64,000 nt of DNA, from positions 19,344,001 through 19,408,000 of the forward strand of contig JBHGNT010000012.1 of assembly GCA_043228905.1 (NCBI GenBank), read 5' to 3'. Shown here piece by piece: positions 62,101 to 64,000 of this stretch. The DNA is from Azolla caroliniana. Its lineage: Eukaryota > Plantae > Polypodiophyta. The notes below the pieces were generated by a model. It made no database searches. It saw only the letters and a list, made by a program, of their open reading frames with translations, and was not told the origin of the DNA. The position numbers and the translations under genes are program-made. How positions within the stretch are numbered: position 1 is the stretch's first letter; each line of letters starts with the position of its first letter.

Positions 62101-63253
62101 TCAGTCGAACCTCCGGAACGTGTCGGACATCCTTCAGCCGCATCTTGCATCCGGTTGATGTCATCAGCCACACGTCTCCTATGCCGGAAATCCGGCATGT
62201 ACCTTCATTTCCCATCCGGACACAGCCATGCTCACCGGCTGTGTAGGATGAGAAGTATTTCTTCTCCGGGGTCAGGTGGAACGACGCTCCGGAATCGACC
62301 ACCCAGGTCATCTCTTCACCGGCAAGGTTCAGCTCCCTCTCTTCGGTAATGAGCATTATCTCCTCTTCACTTGCCGCGAGTGCCGTCGTTCCTTTCCGAT
62401 CCTGCCCTCGCCGATCCGGACCTCTCCGGTCCATGGCTCCCCGGTATGCACCGTTTCTATCCGGTGACTTCTTCGAATCGGTGTCGTCGGCTCCGTTGTC
62501 TTTTCGGTAATGCCGGCAATTCTTCCGGAAGTGCCCCGGCTTCCCACAGTGGAAGCATGTGGGTCTTCCTCTTGACTGCGACCGGGTCCCGGACTTCTCC
62601 CGTCTTTGCGGACTCCGGTTCCATTGTCTTCCTCGTTCCGATTCGGTAAGCAGCGCCCTCGAGTCGGAGGCCGGTTCTTTATCTCTCCGACGCGCTTCTT
62701 CGTTCAAAATACTTGTCTTTACCGTTTGTAGGGACAAGTTATCTTCGGTGCAGGAGGTGCTGAGAGTCACCACCAAGTTCTCCCAGCTTTCCGGCAATGT
62801 ACACATCAGAATGATGGCTTGCATTGCATCCTCCAACGGGAACTTGATCGCCGCAAGCTGGTTCACGAATCCCATGAACGTGCTCACGTGTTCCACCATA
62901 TTCTCGCCGTCCCGGTACTTGAGGTTCACTATCTTCCTCATCAGGGAGGTCCGGTTCAACGCATTCTTCCTCTCGTAGAGGCCCGACAGCTTCTTCCACA
63001 TCTCATAGGCGTTCGTATCGTTCGCCACATGTTGCAGGACACTTACATCGACATATTGCCGGATCGTCGCTACAGCTTTCCGGTTCAGGAGCTTCCACTC
63101 CGACTCTATTACCCCCTTGGGTATCTCGGCATTGTCGATCGGTTCGTACAGGTCTCGGACGATGAGAAGGTCTTCCATCTTTATCTTCCAGTCGGCGTAG
63201 TTCTGTGAGTTCAACACCATCATGCCCGGAGGCCCACTACCGCCGCCTTCCAT
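59192..63253 (-). CDS. Copia C gag-pol, single frame with one in-frame TAG (61994-61996)
   Basis: ORFs 61994..63382 and 59192..61975 share a frame; WVVDSGASFH, HTDVC, YVDD and RNase H motifs are intact; paralog B has Lys at the stop. Confidence 0.9.
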
Positions 63254-64000
63254 TTTCTGTGTTACCGTCGCTCTGATACCACTTTGTTGGGAATCGATGC
63301 TCCGATTAACCTTCACCACTCGGCCACAACCGAGTAGTCGCGAATCAATGCAGCAGAAAATAGGAAACACAGAGAAATACACGATACACAGGGATTAACG
63401 TGGAAAACCCTATACGGGAAAAACCACGGGAGTGCAAGACTCCAAACCAAAACTATGCACAGAGAAATATACAATGGCGAGCTGCAGGGCAACGACCTTG
63501 AGCTCGCTGTCCTCGCCACAGGAGGCGGTAATACACAGAGGCGTCGACCTTTTCGTTTCTCTCTCTCTCTCTCTCTCTCTCTCGGCTGCTCTCACTTCGC
63601 TCTCTCGGCTGAAAACATAAAAATGAGCAACAACAGTAAACTGTTTGCCCTAAGTCATATTTATACACATATGACTTTCGGGCTATTTACAAATATAGCC
63701 TCAAGGGCCCTTGGCAAACATATTCACAAATATGTCCCCGCATCCGGATCTCTCTCCGGGTACATTCATCATCCGGCTCCGTAACCGGGTCTTCGTCATC
63801 CGGCTCCGTAGCCGGGGTCTTCGTCATCCGGGTCCGTAGCCGGGGTCTTCTCTTCGTCATCCGGCTCCGTAGCCGGGGTCTTCATCATCCGGCTCCGTAA
63901 CCGGGTCTTCGTCATCCGGCTCCGTAGCCGGGGTCTACAGCATCCGGCTCCGTAACCGGGTACTCTTCATCCGGCTTCATGCCGGGTACTCTTCATCCTA

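Larger units (their letters stand above)
58385..64000 (-). mobile_element. Young B-family Copia 'C' nested antisense in the gag of D; 5' LTR runs off the window
   Basis: 3' LTR 58385-59181 (797 bp); 5' LTR from 63285; ~2 substitutions plus a (CT)n length difference over the visible overlap; PBS TGGTATCAGAGC at 63281-63270; left flank AAAAC. Confidence 0.95.

Noticed and set aside
63253-63382. Gag N-terminal extension through the PBS into the LTR (also 23538-23595)
   Set aside because: Starts at non-ATG codons and differs between B and C. The shared start is MEGG just downstream of the PBS.

Overview
Eukaryotic land-plant genomic DNA. A non-seed plant such as a fern is plausible from the TE lineages, but this is inference only. 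The first ~12 kb is AT-rich. It carries one intact host gene, a two-exon class-A GATA zinc-finger transcription factor (minus strand, ~400 aa), plus a decayed Gypsy remnant and a Mutator-type foldback MITE with a perfect 9-bp TSD. From ~12.7 kb to the end is a deeply nested retrotransposon cluster. It contains a full-length Copia (A, 15309-26374) carrying an antisense full-length Copia (B); a second A-family copy (D) again carrying an antisense B-family element (C); an Athila-like Gypsy with a large extra 3' ORF; several Copia fragments; tRNA-Trp-primed Gypsy elements with an FLDD RT motif; two solo LTRs with 4-bp TSDs, one with heat-shock elements; and a near-intact RTE/RTEX-like LINE. Five observations stand out: (1) a decayed gene with a ParB/Srx-like domain among the TEs; (2) a LINE whose ORF2 is in frame with ORF1 behind a single UAG and has no usable ATG; (3) an inverted repeat enclosing the PPT/3'-LTR junction in several Copia families, with compensatory changes; (4) Copia A Pol reading ~180 aa past an internal PPT copy; (5) repeated antisense B-into-A nesting. 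All alignments and counts were done by eye and no database searches were run.
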